Source: Octopus bimaculoides (taxonomy: Eukaryota). From it: a stretch of 55,465 nucleotides of DNA. The notes beneath the pieces are model-generated. The model was not told the origin of the DNA, did not search any database, and was given only the letters and a program-made list of their open reading frames with translations. Each line of letters begins with the position of its first letter. Within the stretch, counting starts at the first letter, position 1. The translations under genes and the position numbers were made by a program. Positions 1 through 13,467 of this stretch are shown one piece after another. Location of the stretch: positions 60,898,340 to 60,953,804 of the forward strand of contig NC_068987.1 of the NCBI RefSeq assembly GCF_001194135.2, written 5' to 3'.

Positions 1-39
<39 letters not shown>

Positions 40-746
40 TGTCTCTTTACTAAAACTACGATACTTTAACAAGCTGAGAGTGTGTGTGTGTGTGTTGGTG
101 ATGTGATGTTTTCATTTACAGCTAACAAAACACACCTGCATAGTTTTTTCATGAGCTTTTGTCTTGTCTTTTTTTTACAGAATCTCTTCATATGCAACTT
201 TGAAATATTTCATCAATTCATGAACAACAAAGATTTAGGGGAAAAAAATAGCATTTTTATAGCAAAGTTTTATTTTCATATCAACTAATTTATTATCATT
301 CATTTTCTGTTGAAACCAAAACGTTTTATTTAATCAATACACATTACTTGACCTGATTATTAAAAACTTTTTACTTTGTACTACGTGAGCACATGTAGCC
401 TAGTGTTTAGGGTGTTGCACCAATGATTGCGAGACTGGGTTCAATTCCAAGATTGGGCTATGTGTTGTCTTCTTGGGCAAAACACTTCGTTTGACATTGC
501 ACAACAATCATTTTGACATCTGACATGTGGTACCCTACATGTGGTACCTGTACAGACAATGTCAGTCTGATGGCAGGAAGGAGCATAAACATCTGATCAT
601 TATAAACAAATTGTTTGTGCAGGTTGTTCCGCAAGAAAGTGCAGAACTGTCTTTCTCAGACCATGAGAGATTCCCATTATATTAATGCTTTTCACTATGA
701 ACTTTAGTATTTTAGCAGTCTTTAATTTATTATATTAATTCAATTT

Positions 747-1153
747 ACTCTTTACTCTTTTATTCTTTTACTTGTTTCAGTCATTTGACAGCGGCCATGC
801 TGGAGCACCGCCTTTAGTCGAGCAAATCTACCACAGGACTTATTCTTTGGAAGCCTAGTACTTATTCTATTGGTCTCTTTTGCCGAACCGCTAAGTTACG
901 GGGACGTAAACACACCAGCATCGGTTGTCAAGCGATGTTGGGGGGGACAAACACAGACACACAAACACACACATGTATATATATATACATATATACGACG
1001 GGCTTCTTTTAGTTTCCGTCTACCAAATCCATTCACAAGGCTTTGGTCGGCCCGAGGCTATAGTAGAAGACACTTGCCCAAGGTGCCACGCAGTGGGACT
1101 GAACCCAGAACCATGTGGTTGGGAAGCAAGCTACTTACCACACAGCCACTCCT
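747..1153 (-). mobile_element. SINE family A (tRNA head + CORE-like region + internal microsatellite + (TAAAAGAG)n tail), near-consensus copy
   Basis: High identity to the copy at 7226-7619; B-box-like GGTTCAGTCC; ccttgggcaagtgtcttctac core. Similarity to octopus OR-type CORE-SINEs is from memory. Confidence 0.9.
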
Positions 1154-1257
1154 TTCAGTTTAGTTGAGTTTTCTTATTTTTCATTATTCTCTTTTCATTT
1201 TTTTGTTGTTGTTACTATTCTGTCTGTGATTTTTAATATATCTTTCCTTTTTTTTCT

Positions 1258-1807
1258 TTTATTTGTTTCAGTCATTAGACTGTAGCCATGCTGGGGCACT
1301 GCCTTAGAGAATTTTTAATCCAATGAATTGACCCCAGTACTAATTTTTTTTAAAGCTTGGTACTTATTCTATTGGTCTCTTTTACCAAACCGCTATGTTG
1401 TGGGGATGTAAACACACCAACACTGTTTGTCAAGCAGTAGGGGGGGGGCAAACACAGACACACAAAGACACACAAAAACATACATACACACACACACGCA
1501 TGCACATATTCACACATGCATGTAAGCATAAATACATACATGCATGCATACACACACATACATGCATTCATACACACGCATATCCATGTATAAACATGCA
1601 CGCACGCAAACACACAGACAAACACATGCACGCACACATATACAATGAGCTTCTTCCAGTTTCTGTCTCCCAAATCCACTCACAAGGCTTTGATTGGCCA
1701 GAGGCTATTGTAAAAGACACTTGCCCAAGATGCCACACAGTGAGACTGAACCTAGAAACATTGTGGCTGGGAATCAAGTTTCTTACCACACAGCCACTCC
1801 TGCACCT
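1258..1807 (-). mobile_element. SINE family A with expanded CA/CATA tract
   Basis: Both halves align to the family-A copies. Confidence 0.88.
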
Positions 1808-1993
1808 CCTAAAAATTTTCATATGAAATGACTCCCTCATTTTCTTTTTATTAACTAGACTTATATGAAGTGTCATAATGATACATTAAAATACTTTTGA
1901 TATTTTTATTTTCGTTGTGTGTATATTATTGTGTGCATATAAAATGCATGTGTATAAAATGAATATAACCTATGAAATGAAATAAATGTTTAA

Positions 1994-2408
1994 AGGCATA
2001 GGTGTAGCTGTGTGGTAAGAAGCTTGCTTCCCAATCACATGATTCCAGGTTCAGTCTCACTGTGTGGCACCTTGGGCAAGTGTTTTCTACTATAGCCTTG
2101 GGCCGACCAAAACCTTGTGAGTAGATTTGATGATGGAAACTGAAAGAAGCCCATCATATATGTGTGAGTGGGGGGAAAGTATTTGTGTCTGTGTTTGTCC
2201 CCCACTATTGCTTGACAACCGGTGTTGGTTTGTTTATGCCTCCATAACTTATCAGTTCAGCAAAATAGACTGATAAGATAAGTACTAGGCTTAAAAAAGA
2301 AAAAAAGTACTGGGATTGATTCATTTGACTTAAAGTTGTTTAAGGCGATGCCCCAGCATGGCCACTGTCTAATGACTGAAACAGATACTACATAAAAGAT
2401 AAAATAAG
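1994..2408 (+). mobile_element. SINE family A
   Basis: Full head-to-tail alignment. Confidence 0.88.
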
Positions 2409-2456
2409 ATTATTGTGTATATATGATGTGTATAAAATTAATATAACCAATCAAAA

Positions 2457-2858
2457 AGGTGCAGGAGTGGCTGCGTGGTAAGGTTCTGAGTTCAGTCCCA
2501 CTGTGTGGCACCTTGGGCAAGTGTCTTCTACTATAGCCTCGAGCCAACCAAAGCCTAGTGCGTGGATTTGGTAGACAGAAACTGAAAGAAGCCCATCGTA
2601 TGTATGTGTGTGTATATATGTATGTATGTATGTGTGTGTGTATGTTTGTGTGTTTATCCACCAACATCACTTGACAACCGATGCTGGTGTGTTTACGTCC
2701 CTGTAACTTAGCAGTTCAGCAAAAAGCGACCGATAGAATAAGTACTAGGCTTACAAAGAATAAGTTCTGGGGTTGATTTGTTCGACTAAAAGTGTTGCTC
2801 CAGCCTGGCTGCAGTCAAATGACTGAAACAAATAAAAGAATAATAATAAAATAAAATA
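2457..2858 (+). mobile_element. SINE family A
   Basis: Full alignment with a short head deletion. Confidence 0.88.
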
Positions 2859-3859
2859 AATGTTAAAAATACACTGAAATACTATATTTTTTTCTTTTTC
2901 TTTTTAATCACTTTTTAAAATTTGGAAATTTATTCCATACTGCAATTTTCCAGTCATTCATATAAAATCATGTTGCGTTCATGATGAGATGGTTATTTCA
3001 ACATGAACACATCATTCAAAATACTGCCTAGATTTACCTGGGATTATACCTAAGTATCTATACCTTCATGGAAGTATGGACCAACTATATCACAGCAAAG
3101 CCAAGTTCTTAGTCTTACAGTTTTGCCTGCTCAGAGTCTCCAACCTTTCCTAAATAATCAAGAGAAAACTGCAGCAAAGATAACCAAGGTGGACTTGTGC
3201 ATCTGGTTTGGATTTATTAAGGGAGAGAACACTGAAATGGATTTGCAGAATATGGACTCAGAGTGCTTTTTGTTATTGCTTCTGTTTGTCTAGCTCAGTT
3301 AAAAGCGATAGTTATTTCAACATAGTGTATCATTCAGGAATGTGGTCACTGTATCTATGTATTTACAAGTTAGAAGATGCAGTCTTCTTATTGTAGAGGT
3401 TAAGTTACAATTCTGAACACTGTAACTGTATGCATATAGTCCTACAGGCTAGTTCAAGGGAGATAACTATTGTTTACCACGGCTGACTTTTTTTTATTCA
3501 CTTCTATTTTTTTATTTCTTTATTTAACAATAGAAACATAAAATGTTTATGCAGTGATACACTTTGACAATATATAAAATCAATTAACAATTAGTGATTT
3601 GATCAGTGTTATGTATATACAGGTAATAGGATCTATTGATCATTTCCCCAAAAATTTAGTATTTATTCTTTAGTTAAGTAAACTGAAGCAATCATTATGT
3701 TATCATATAGAGTTCTTAAGAAACGTAATAAAAAGTTTAAATAAGATTTAAACTCACTCTTCATGATTTATCGTTATTAACATCAACATCATCAATTTTA
3801 TATTTATTTTTGTTTCCATGTTAAATGGACAGGTCTTCTATATAGTAGTTTTTCACTTA

Positions 3860-5480
3860 TCACAATCCTCTATCACCTCTTTTATAAGATTTAACCTCTT
3901 AAGATAAGCTTCTTCCCATGTTTTATTTGGTCTTGTTTTTCTGGAGATTTATTCTAATTTTATTGATATCAAATTTTGACCCTAGGCCAGAGTCATACTA
4001 CATATGAAGTCCTTCTCTCTCAACCTGTCTGTGATTTCATTACATTTCGTGTGCCCCCATTGTTTACACAGTACAGTGTTTCTATGAACTCCTTTTTGGC
4101 ACAATGAACATGACTACCCCCCAGATGGGAGTAGAATCCAATTTTCTCCCTTACAAATTAGAACCTGACTTTGCTAGACTTTTTTTTCTATGGAGATGGG
4201 ATGTGTTTTGATTATAAGCTTTACTTTCATGTTTGGAATTTCATCTTTAATTCTTCAATAAATTTAGGAATGTCATTAGTACACAAGAATTCCCATGGAA
4301 AACCAGTCTTAAATATTTCAGTTACAGATCAAAAGAACTATAATAAGCAGGAAAAGATTGAGAACTGACACCTGATGGATCTCTCTCTACACCCTTAATT
4401 CTTTGCTGAACTCATTCATTGCTAACTCTCATTTTGTTGATAGAATCTCTGTATATGGCTTATATGGTTCTCACAAGCCATTCATCTAAGATTAGTTATC
4501 TTAGCATCCACTTAGACAATAAAGTGTAGTACCCAATCAAAGGTTTTCTCTAGATAAATAAATGCTAAGCATAGTCGCTCACTACAAGAGCCATCTGAGA
4601 GCATTTCTCTAGTTGTCTCACTAGAATGAGGGCCTCAATGCCACCCTGTCCTGGCATAAACTTAAACTGCATCTTGACTAATCTTAATTTCCTTCTTGTT
4701 AACTCTTTCACTTACTTTCTTAACATACGATGGGGTGCTGAAAAGTTCCTGGCTTTGGGTAAAAGTAAATACAGGAGGATCAGTTAATTATGATCTTATT
4801 CAACATATTTCTCACTCAGTTTCACACACTTATTGCAACAGTCCTTTATTTTCACTAATCCCTGTAAAAGAACTCAGAAAGTTGGTCTTGCAGCCAGGCC
4901 TTTCATGATACTCTTAAAGCCAGGAACTTTTCAGCACCCCCTTGTATATTCCATCAGTTTGTGAATTCAGTAGTCAATATTTTTCTAGAAAACCATTGCT
5001 CTTGTAACTATCTAGGATGATAGTGTTACATTAGTCATTGGGTATGACACTTCCCTGTACAACCTAAAACTTGTGAGTAATTGTCATACATCCTACTTTG
5101 CTGGATATGTTCAGCATCTCAGTGACTATTCCTAGTGGTACAACTACCTTCTTTAACTTTATCATTTTAATTACACTTTTTACCACATAGTTTTCAACTT
5201 CAATAATAGGTTCCTGTTAGATCTAAATCATGTATTCCCCACCTTTCTCTCTTTCATTCTCCCACAGCTTCTCCTCATTCACCGATGGCTTGTAGAAATA
5301 TTTCTATGCCATATTTTGACTTAGTGTCTGTGATAACAAGTGTATTATTATGAACCTGTACACACTCTTCATCAATGATGTCTTGATTTATGGTGACATT
5401 CTGTCTTGCAATCAGGAATATTTCAAGTGTTTGTTAGGCAGACCAAAATCATATCTATTCAGCCATTTCATTTCTGCACC
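3860..5480 (-). mobile_element. RTE-clade LINE fragment (reverse transcriptase), decayed
   Basis: Minus-strand remnants GIVTEML, ILVRQLEK, LAFIYLEKTFDWV, DEWLVRTI and CSLCQKGV..CKQWGHTKC. Many stops; interrupted by a MITE. Confidence 0.8.
4728..4944. mobile_element. Mariner-derived MITE inserted in an RTE LINE
   Basis: TA|cgatggggtgctgaaaagttcctggcttt ... aaagccaggaacttttcagcacccccttg|TA. Non-coding, 217 bp. Confidence 0.9.
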
Positions 5481-5692
5481 TAATATTTGTTTCGTTTATT
5501 TAACAAATGATTACTTTTGAAATTCATTATTTTAATTTTACTAAAACTAGAATACAATTTTTATTTGAATGTGTTAGCTTAATTCCAAGGGTTTGATTCA
5601 ATTACTTAATAAAAATGACATCATGAAAATTGAGATTAACTGAAGTGAGGACAGTTATTTGTCCAAAAGATAATGAATTTCTATTTACTAAT

Positions 5693-6182
5693 ATAGGTGC
5701 AAGTGTGGCTGTGTGGTAAGAAGCTTGCTTCCCAACCACAGGGTTCTGGGTTCAGTCCTGATGTGTAGCCCTTTGCACAAGTGTCTTCTACTATAACCTT
5801 GAGCCAAGCAGAGCCTTGGGATCTTTTTTAAAACGGGGGCCACATTTTTCATTAATGTTTTACGTAGTGTTTTTGGTACGGAAAGACTTTCAAACTTTGT
5901 ATACTTATCTATTTTGTGTTATAGAACAGAAAAATATTTTTGTATTCGAATTTATTTCATGTAAAAAATTGTCTTATTTCGATAATTTCAACCAATCACT
6001 GACGTCCATNNNNNNNNNNNNNNNNNNNNNNNNNNNNNNNNNNNNNNNNNNNNNNNNNNNNNNNNNNNNNNNNNNNNNNNNNNNNNNNNNNNNNNNNNNN
6101 NNNNNNNNNNNNNNNNNNNNNNNNNNNNNNNNNNNNNNNNNNNNNNNNNNNNNNNNNNNNNNNNNNNNNNNNNNNNNNNNNN

Positions 6183-6225
<43 letters not shown>

Positions 6226-6560
6226 CATACATACATACATACATACAATGGGTGTCTTTCAGTTTATATACATATATACATATGTATACATACATACATA
6301 TATATATGTGTGTGTGTGTGTGTGTGTATGTATATGTGTATGTATATATATTTGTGTATGTGTGCCTGTGTTTATTTCCCTATTACCACTTGGTGTTGGT
6401 GTGTTTATATCCCTGTAACTTAGTGGTTTGGCAAAATAAACTGATGCAATATGTACTAGGCTTAAAAAATAAGACCTGGGTTTGATTTGTTCAACAAAAC
6501 CCTTCAAGGTGGTGCTCCAGCATGGCCACAGTAAAATAACTGATATTGGTAAAAGAATAC
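5693..6560 (+). mobile_element. SINE family A, split (5' half 5693-5823, 3' half about 6350-6560) around unrelated sequence, a gap and a microsatellite
   Basis: Both halves are colinear with the consensus. Confidence 0.75.
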
Positions 6561-7225
6561 ACTTTAAAAAGAGGGAAAAAAAGGGAAAGTGCAAAGCAGT
6601 AGAAGATGAAAGGGGAGGGGTGATGGGCCACATTAAATTCCTTCATCACAAACCCTATCTAGTAATTAGAATGTTATAAACATTATCAACTGCACACACT
6701 TAGTGTATGTGCTTTGTTTGTTTGTCGTGGAATAGCACTTTGGGGATGACTTTCTCATAGCACTGTATGTTAAAACACCTGAAAGTCATAAATACCCAGT
6801 GCTCTAAGGGAGTCATTCCCAAAGGGCTATACTGCTGCAAACTGGCAAACAAACAAAATACATATACTGAATATATGTTTGATAATGTTTAAAATATTAG
6901 CACTGCTTCTAGTTCATAATTGAATGTAATTGGGAAGATTTTTCAAACTTTATAAATTTTCTAATATTTATCAATATCTTTATCTTTTGTTGAATTGAAT
7001 GCCAATCTGCAATGGCAATTTCTATTAACTTGACAGATTCTGTTGTTAGAAATAGCTTATAGTTGGTACAGGTAGACTTTTAAAATATTTACAAGCTTTC
7101 TGAACTTGTTGCATTACTTCAGATCTGTCTATGATATTCTGCCATTGAATGAACAATTTTAGCATTTTAGGTTAAATTATAAATTTTCTGTAGATTTTTG
7201 CTTCATTCAGTTATAAGAGATATAT

Positions 7226-7619
7226 ACTCTCTTTTACTCTTTTACTTGTTTCAGTCATTTGACTGCGGCCATGCTGGAGCACCGCCTTTAGTCGAGAAAA
7301 TCGACCCCAGGACTTATTCTTTGTAAGCCTAGTACTTATTCTATCGGTCTCTTTTTGCTGAACCGCTAAATTACGGGGACATAAACGCACCAGCATCGGT
7401 TGTCAAGCGATGGTAGGGGGACAAACACAGACACAGAAACACACATACATATATGCGACGGGCTTCTTTCAGTTTCCATCTACCAAATCCACTCACAAGG
7501 CTTTGGTCGGCCCAAGGCTATAATAGAAGACACTTGCCCTAGGTGCCACGCAGTGGGTTTGAACCCGGAACCATGTGGTTGGTAAGAAAGCTACTTACCA
7601 CACAGCCACTCCTACACCT
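7226..7619 (-). mobile_element. SINE family A, young copy
   Basis: Near identical to 747-1153; possible TSD tatatac. Confidence 0.92.
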
Positions 7620-7636
7620 ATATACAAACAATTTCT

Positions 7637-8338
7637 ACACTCTTTTACTTGTTTCAGCCATTGAAATGTGGCCATGCAGGAGCACTGCCTTGAGGCCTTG
7701 AAAGGGGTCTAGTCAATTGTATTGACCCCTACTACTTTTTTTTTCTTTTTGTCAATCTGGTACATATTCTAATGAGCTCTTTTGCTAAACCACTAATAAT
7801 GGGGATGTAAACAAACCAACACTGGTTGTCATGTGGTGGTGCTGGTGGGGCAAACAGAAAGCTATACTTGCATCAATGCATGCACAAATGTGTGCTCATG
7901 CACGTGCACACACACAAACAAACACACACGCACGCAAACATGCACACACAGTCACGTATATACATATACAAGAGGGTGCTGAAAAGTTCCTGGTTTTGGG
8001 TAAAAGAAAATACAGGAGGATTAGTTAATTATGATTTTATTTAACATATTCCCCTCTCAGATTCACTCATTTATTGCAGTGACCCTTCAGTTTTCCTATG
8101 CCCTGCAAAAGTACTTGGAAGGTACTTCCACGATATCCTTAAGCCTGGAACTTTTCATCACCCCCTCATATATGCATCTGTGTACCAGATTCTACTTATT
8201 TTTTATTTAGTAAATTCACTCACCAGGTATTAATTGGCCCAAGGTTATATAGTGAAAGACACTTGCCTATCTAGGGACTGAACCCCAAACCATATGGTTG
8301 CTAAACAAACTTCTTACCCATACAACAACCATGCCTGA
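7637..8338 (-). mobile_element. Older SINE family A copy containing the MITE at 7969-8168
   Basis: The 3' half lies before the MITE and the 5' half after it. Confidence 0.8.
7969..8168. mobile_element. Second copy of the same mariner MITE, nested in a SINE microsatellite
   Basis: Same TIR and internal sequence as 4728-4944, TA flanks. Confidence 0.88.
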
Positions 8339-11137
8339 ATCTACAAGATCACAGAAAATCCAAGACTCCCACACCCATTCAGATATCTTTTAATTGATGT
8401 AGAAAGCAACATAATTACAGAAGAAGAAAATGTGTATGATATTCTAACCTGGCAATGCATTGGCTAAAGGAATAAAACATTAATTTCAACCTTGATTTGA
8501 ACTCATCTCATAAACTTATTTTATCAAAAGCAGTACACACTGTCCTTCACTCAGTATTTAGTAAAATCTTTGATGAAGTAAATCATTACAAGCATGTAAA
8601 ACTGAAAATTAAAACACCGATGTACACATTTATTCTCAACATGTTCCTGTAAATTTGAACATAAATACGCCAATCATTGTTGTACATTGCCTTCAGAACC
8701 TCTCCTCTCAGACGGTGTATGTTGACAACGTGTGATTCAGTCATATAGACTTTGAGACACCAGTGTTTCAACATCATTGTGTCTCTTTAGTCGAAGCTGA
8801 CCCTAGATATCTGAATCTAAACAAGAATGGTCATTCTTGCTTATAGACTTTTGCAAACAAGTTATTTCCTGATGCAGGCTGATGTCATCTAAGCTGGGAA
8901 TAAATTTTTATGAGTATGTAAAACAGCAAAAATCAAAATAATGAAGTGTGAAGTCTTTGATGAAGTGTTGTCAGTAAATCTAGTTAATCTCTGTATATTT
9001 TGACTATTCTTACAATTAATTCAGCTTATGGATGGCATACAGTATAGTATCCACTTCATAGGTTTACCAAGATTATCTTTGAATCAAATCAGGATGTTTA
9101 ATAAAAATCTATTGTTATTGTGTATTAGTCTTAGTTTAGCTGTGATTTTCTAGATGTTGGCATGGCTGTGTCTATAAGAAGTTCACTTTGCAACTATGTG
9201 GTTTCAGGTTCCGTTCTACTGTGTGGTACCTTGGACAAATATCTTTTATTATGTAGCCTAGGGCCAACCAGTGCCTTGCGAATGAATTTACTATATAGAA
9301 AGCTCATGAATCAAGTGCTTAACTATAAACTTCTTGAGTGTAACATTGTCATCATCATCATAATCATAATCATTTAATGTCTGTTTTCCATACAGGCATG
9401 GGTTGGATGATTTGACGGACTGGCAAGGCCAGAAGTTGCATTAGGTTCCATGGTCTGTTTTGGCTTGGTTTCAACAGCTGGATGTCCTTCCAGCCACCAA
9501 CCAGTTTACAGAGTGTACTGGGTGCTTTTTATGTGGCACCATCACCAGTACTTTTTACGTGGCACCAGCACCTATGCTTTTCATGTAGCACCATCACCCA
9601 CACCAATGCTTTTTATGTGACTGGACGCTAGTCCATTGAGGTAAAGCACATATGGTACATGTTAAAGGAGAACTAATATTACTGAAATTTACTTCGGACT
9701 TGGGGTCGTCATTGGTCCCCAGACTCACAAGGTCAGACTTCAACCTGGTTTCCATGGCATATAAGTGACTGAGACTATGACATTCCCCACTGGATGAGAC
9801 ACCAGTCCATTTTAGGGTTAATTCTCAACTACAGGTGGAACTCATTTGCACTTGAGTTGATTGAAGCAACACAAAATGAAGATGTAATATTTTTTTATAA
9901 GAACACAATGCACCCTTGGTCCCAGAGTCAAAACCTCAATCTTATGATTATGAGTCTAACATCCTAATCACTAAGCTACACACAACACATTCACATATTA
10001 CTTATAGGAGAAGAAAAATATGTAAAATAGTGTTGAAGTGTATAGTATGCACTTGGCATAAAAGGATGTTTTTAATTCCAACAATATAAATGACTAGAAA
10101 TATGAAATTAAAATTATAAAACCGAAGTGTGTATGATTATACGGTAATATCTTAAGTATGGAACTATTCAGAAAAGGAATCATGAGTTTTAATATTTACA
10201 ATGTAGAGTTCAAAATAATGAATGCTTAAGTCAATAATATACTGGATATTAAGACAAGTGGACAATACCAAGACACTCTTAAATGGTGCATCCCATCCAG
10301 CTGAAAATAATTGCACTAGACAAAGAACAGTTCAATTCTTTAAGCAGCAGCAACAGCAACAACAACAGCAACATAATTTCAATATGTTTTATTAACTTGC
10401 ACCACTAATTTCTAACTTTATGTGTTAGAAAGGAGAAGTGGGTTAGAGTGAAAGTTAGACTGACTTTCATGGATATTGTTATAAAGGATGGAGAGTTGGC
10501 TGGCAGTCCAATTTTCAAGATTTTTTCTGTTAGGGATAATTTAATCAATTTTCTCATTAATTTATTTACTGAGTATGATATTTCTAATATATAAAGGTGG
10601 CGATGCTAGAATGCCGAGCAAAATACTTAGCAAGTTTTGCTCAGCATGCTAACAATTCTGCCTGACTCTATGTTCTGAGTTCAAATTCCACCAAGGTCGA
10701 CATTCCTTTTCATCTTTTCAGTACTGGGGTCAATGTAATTGACTTACCCACTTTCTCTAAGTTGCTGGCCTCGTGCAAAAATTTGGAATCAATATATATA
10801 TTTATTCTTTTATTCTTTTATTTGTTTCAGTCATTTGACTGTGGCCATGCTGGAACACTATCTTTAGTCAAACAAATCAGCCCCAATACATATATTAAGT
10901 TCAGAATTTTGTTTCCCTGTTCTAATTCTACTTTAAAATAAGTAATTTTCCTCCCTTCTCAATTACTTTTTCTTTGAAAGACAAGTATTCCTACATTGGT
11001 ATATGTTATTCTCATTGATATTTAGAGCTAGATCTGCTCTAATCAAACAAATAAAAAAAGCATATCATGATTTTGTTAAATCTTATGCATGTACATGTAT
11101 GTGTCTATGTATTCATGTGTGCATGTGTGTGTATGCA

Positions 11138-11139
<2 letters not shown>

Positions 11140-11229
<90 letters not shown>
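11140..11229. repeat. Compound (GT)n(GA)n microsatellite
   Basis: Read directly. Other microsatellites: (TA)n 1-40, 6183-6330, 39058-39160 and 47722-47771; (GGT)n about 12566-12604; (ATT)n 15420-15487; (TATG)n 52380-52422; CA-rich 50198-50385; GT/GGT-rich 55010-55280. Confidence 0.97.
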
Positions 11230-11232
<3 letters not shown>

Positions 11233-11352
11233 TTCACCTTGTTATTTACACCATACTAGGAGGGGTTCTGGCACAGATGCATCATGGATGATGGAGTGCA
11301 TGGTCAAAGCAACAGAGGTAAGCTTTGAGTAAGAATTCTCAATTAATCCAGG

Positions 11353-11995
11353 GCACCACCACCACCCAGTGTTTTAAATCCAGGTTTTGTCCCCATTAAT
11401 GTAAGTGGCTGGATCTACCTCAATGTCATAGCAACTGCCCTCATACCATCTCACCATCTTGCCCAGTTTTGGGTGTCTGCCTTTTTCAAACCAACTCTTC
11501 CAATCTCCTCCACCTGTCCCCTCCACTTTTTCCTCTGTCTACCTTGCTTTCGAGCTCCATTTACCTCAAATGCAATCACCCTCCTCAGAACGTGCTCTTC
11601 ATCCTTCCTCAACACACTCCCATACCACCTCACTCCATTTGCCCTTGCCAACCATTCCACCAATTCCTCCAACCCCAGTATTCCCATCAAATCCTCAGTC
11701 CTCCTCTTATCAAACTGCATTAATAATAACCTGTGTCTACAATCAATTTATCCTTGGTTTCAGATATACCTTTGTAATGCCTTGAGGATTAATATACTGT
11801 ACATTCAGACATATTCCTTTATCATAAGAGAAAGTTTTACTCTTTCCATCTCCCTAGTGATCTGGGCAGCTTTACCAACAACATGCAGAGTTCTAGTGTT
11901 CTGATTTCCTATAATTAGTCTTTGAGATTCCTCCCAGCTTTCACTCAAGTGTTTCATGTTTGTTCCTTTTACCAGGTTAGGAACCACTGCCTCCT
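11353..11995 (-). mobile_element. 5'-truncated RTE LINE (ORF C-terminus + 3' end)
   Basis: ARANGVRWYGSVLRKDEEHVLRR..FEVNGARKQGRQRKKW is a typical RTE C-terminus; ends in a short (TGG)n tail. Confidence 0.88.
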
Positions 11996-13467
11996 CAAGG
12001 TGTTGTGGATTGTTCTAAGTGTTTGAAGTTTCTGTAATCAGAAGTTAAAGATTTTTTTTTTTAGGGTTTTTTTTGGTATGTAAAAGCACCCATTACTCTC
12101 TAGGAGTGGTTAGTGTTAGGAAGGGTATCCAGCTGCAGAAAACCATGCCAGATCAGACTGGAGTCTGGTGCAGCCTTCCAGTGTGCCAGCCTGGTCAAAC
12201 TGTCCAACCTATGTCAGTATGGACAACGGACGTTAAATGATGATGGTGATGATGATGATGATCTGGTAATTAGCTCAATACACTAACTTCAAGATCTGAA
12301 TGGGGGTTGGTCTTCTGCCAGGGTTTTCCTTTCCCTACACGATCACAATACTGCTCATTATTTGTGGGCTCCATCTACCTGGGATTTCAAATCAGAGTTT
12401 TCTTCTCCTGTAGGGTTTTATGTCCGCCCTGTCTCATGTCCTGAGCGAACATCCACATTGACATGGTTTGGAGATGCAACTCAGTCAAAGCACAATAGTT
12501 GCTTCTTCCTCTATACTTACCATTGGCAGTTTTTATCCTAGCACAGTGTTTTGGCAATGGTGATGGTGTGGTGGTGGTGATGGTGGTGGTGGTGGTGGTG
12601 GTGGAAGGAAGTTGGTGTCAATGACTTTATTGATGTTTCTGTTATTATCTTATTTTGTATAATTATTTTTATGTTAGTCTAGACTGAGTGGGAAGAAAGG
12701 ATAGTATTTTTATACTAAATAGAATGATGTCTAGATCTTTAATGTTTAATGAATTGAAAAAAGCAGATCATAATCTAGAGTAATTATATGGCTTCAGTAA
12801 AGTGTATGGCATTAACAGACATATTGTATAATTGTGGCAAAAGAACAATTCATACGTGAAGAAGAACTTGGGTGTTTCCCTACTTAAGAGAAATCATTTG
12901 TTTATACTATACAGCTATACTTATTATGTAAAACTAGTAGAAGTACTTGTTGTATTTAGATACTTTAGTTGAGAAACTCTGTCTTTTTGTAAAACACAAT
13001 TAAAATTTTGTTTATATATCTCCAGACAAACACAAGTGTAATTCCATAGCTGTGAACTTTGGTTCCCAATCAAGTCATTCCATGTGCTCTTTCATTGTCT
13101 GTACTTCGAACAAGGGAATATTTTACAATAGTTAAGTGCAAGCCTGAGGAACAGCCTTGAGTATTTGGAAAATGTGTGGAGATACAATGGGCTTGGGTCC
13201 TTTCGGTGGTAGACGTAATCCACTAAATGGCTTTACACCACCGTTTGACCGATAGCTTGTTAATATAGACCCTATCCCATTTCAGAACATTCAGATTAGA
13301 TCTTTGGTCTGTAATAGCCTAATACAATGATGCACTGCTTCCTGTTGCTACAACACATGATTCATATTTTCTTCTTCACTTACCCCATCACCACAACCAC
13401 CATCAGTCTTGTAAACACAGCAAAAATTTATGGACACTGCTCTTCTTCTTCTTCTTCTTCTCATTAA

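Noticed and set aside
870-2670. ORFs rich in HTHT/VCVC/YIYI here and at 5816-6679, 7826-8044, 11003-11332, 38949-39252, 49484-50434 and 54974-55361
   Set aside because: They are translations of SINE bodies and CA/TA microsatellites, not genes.
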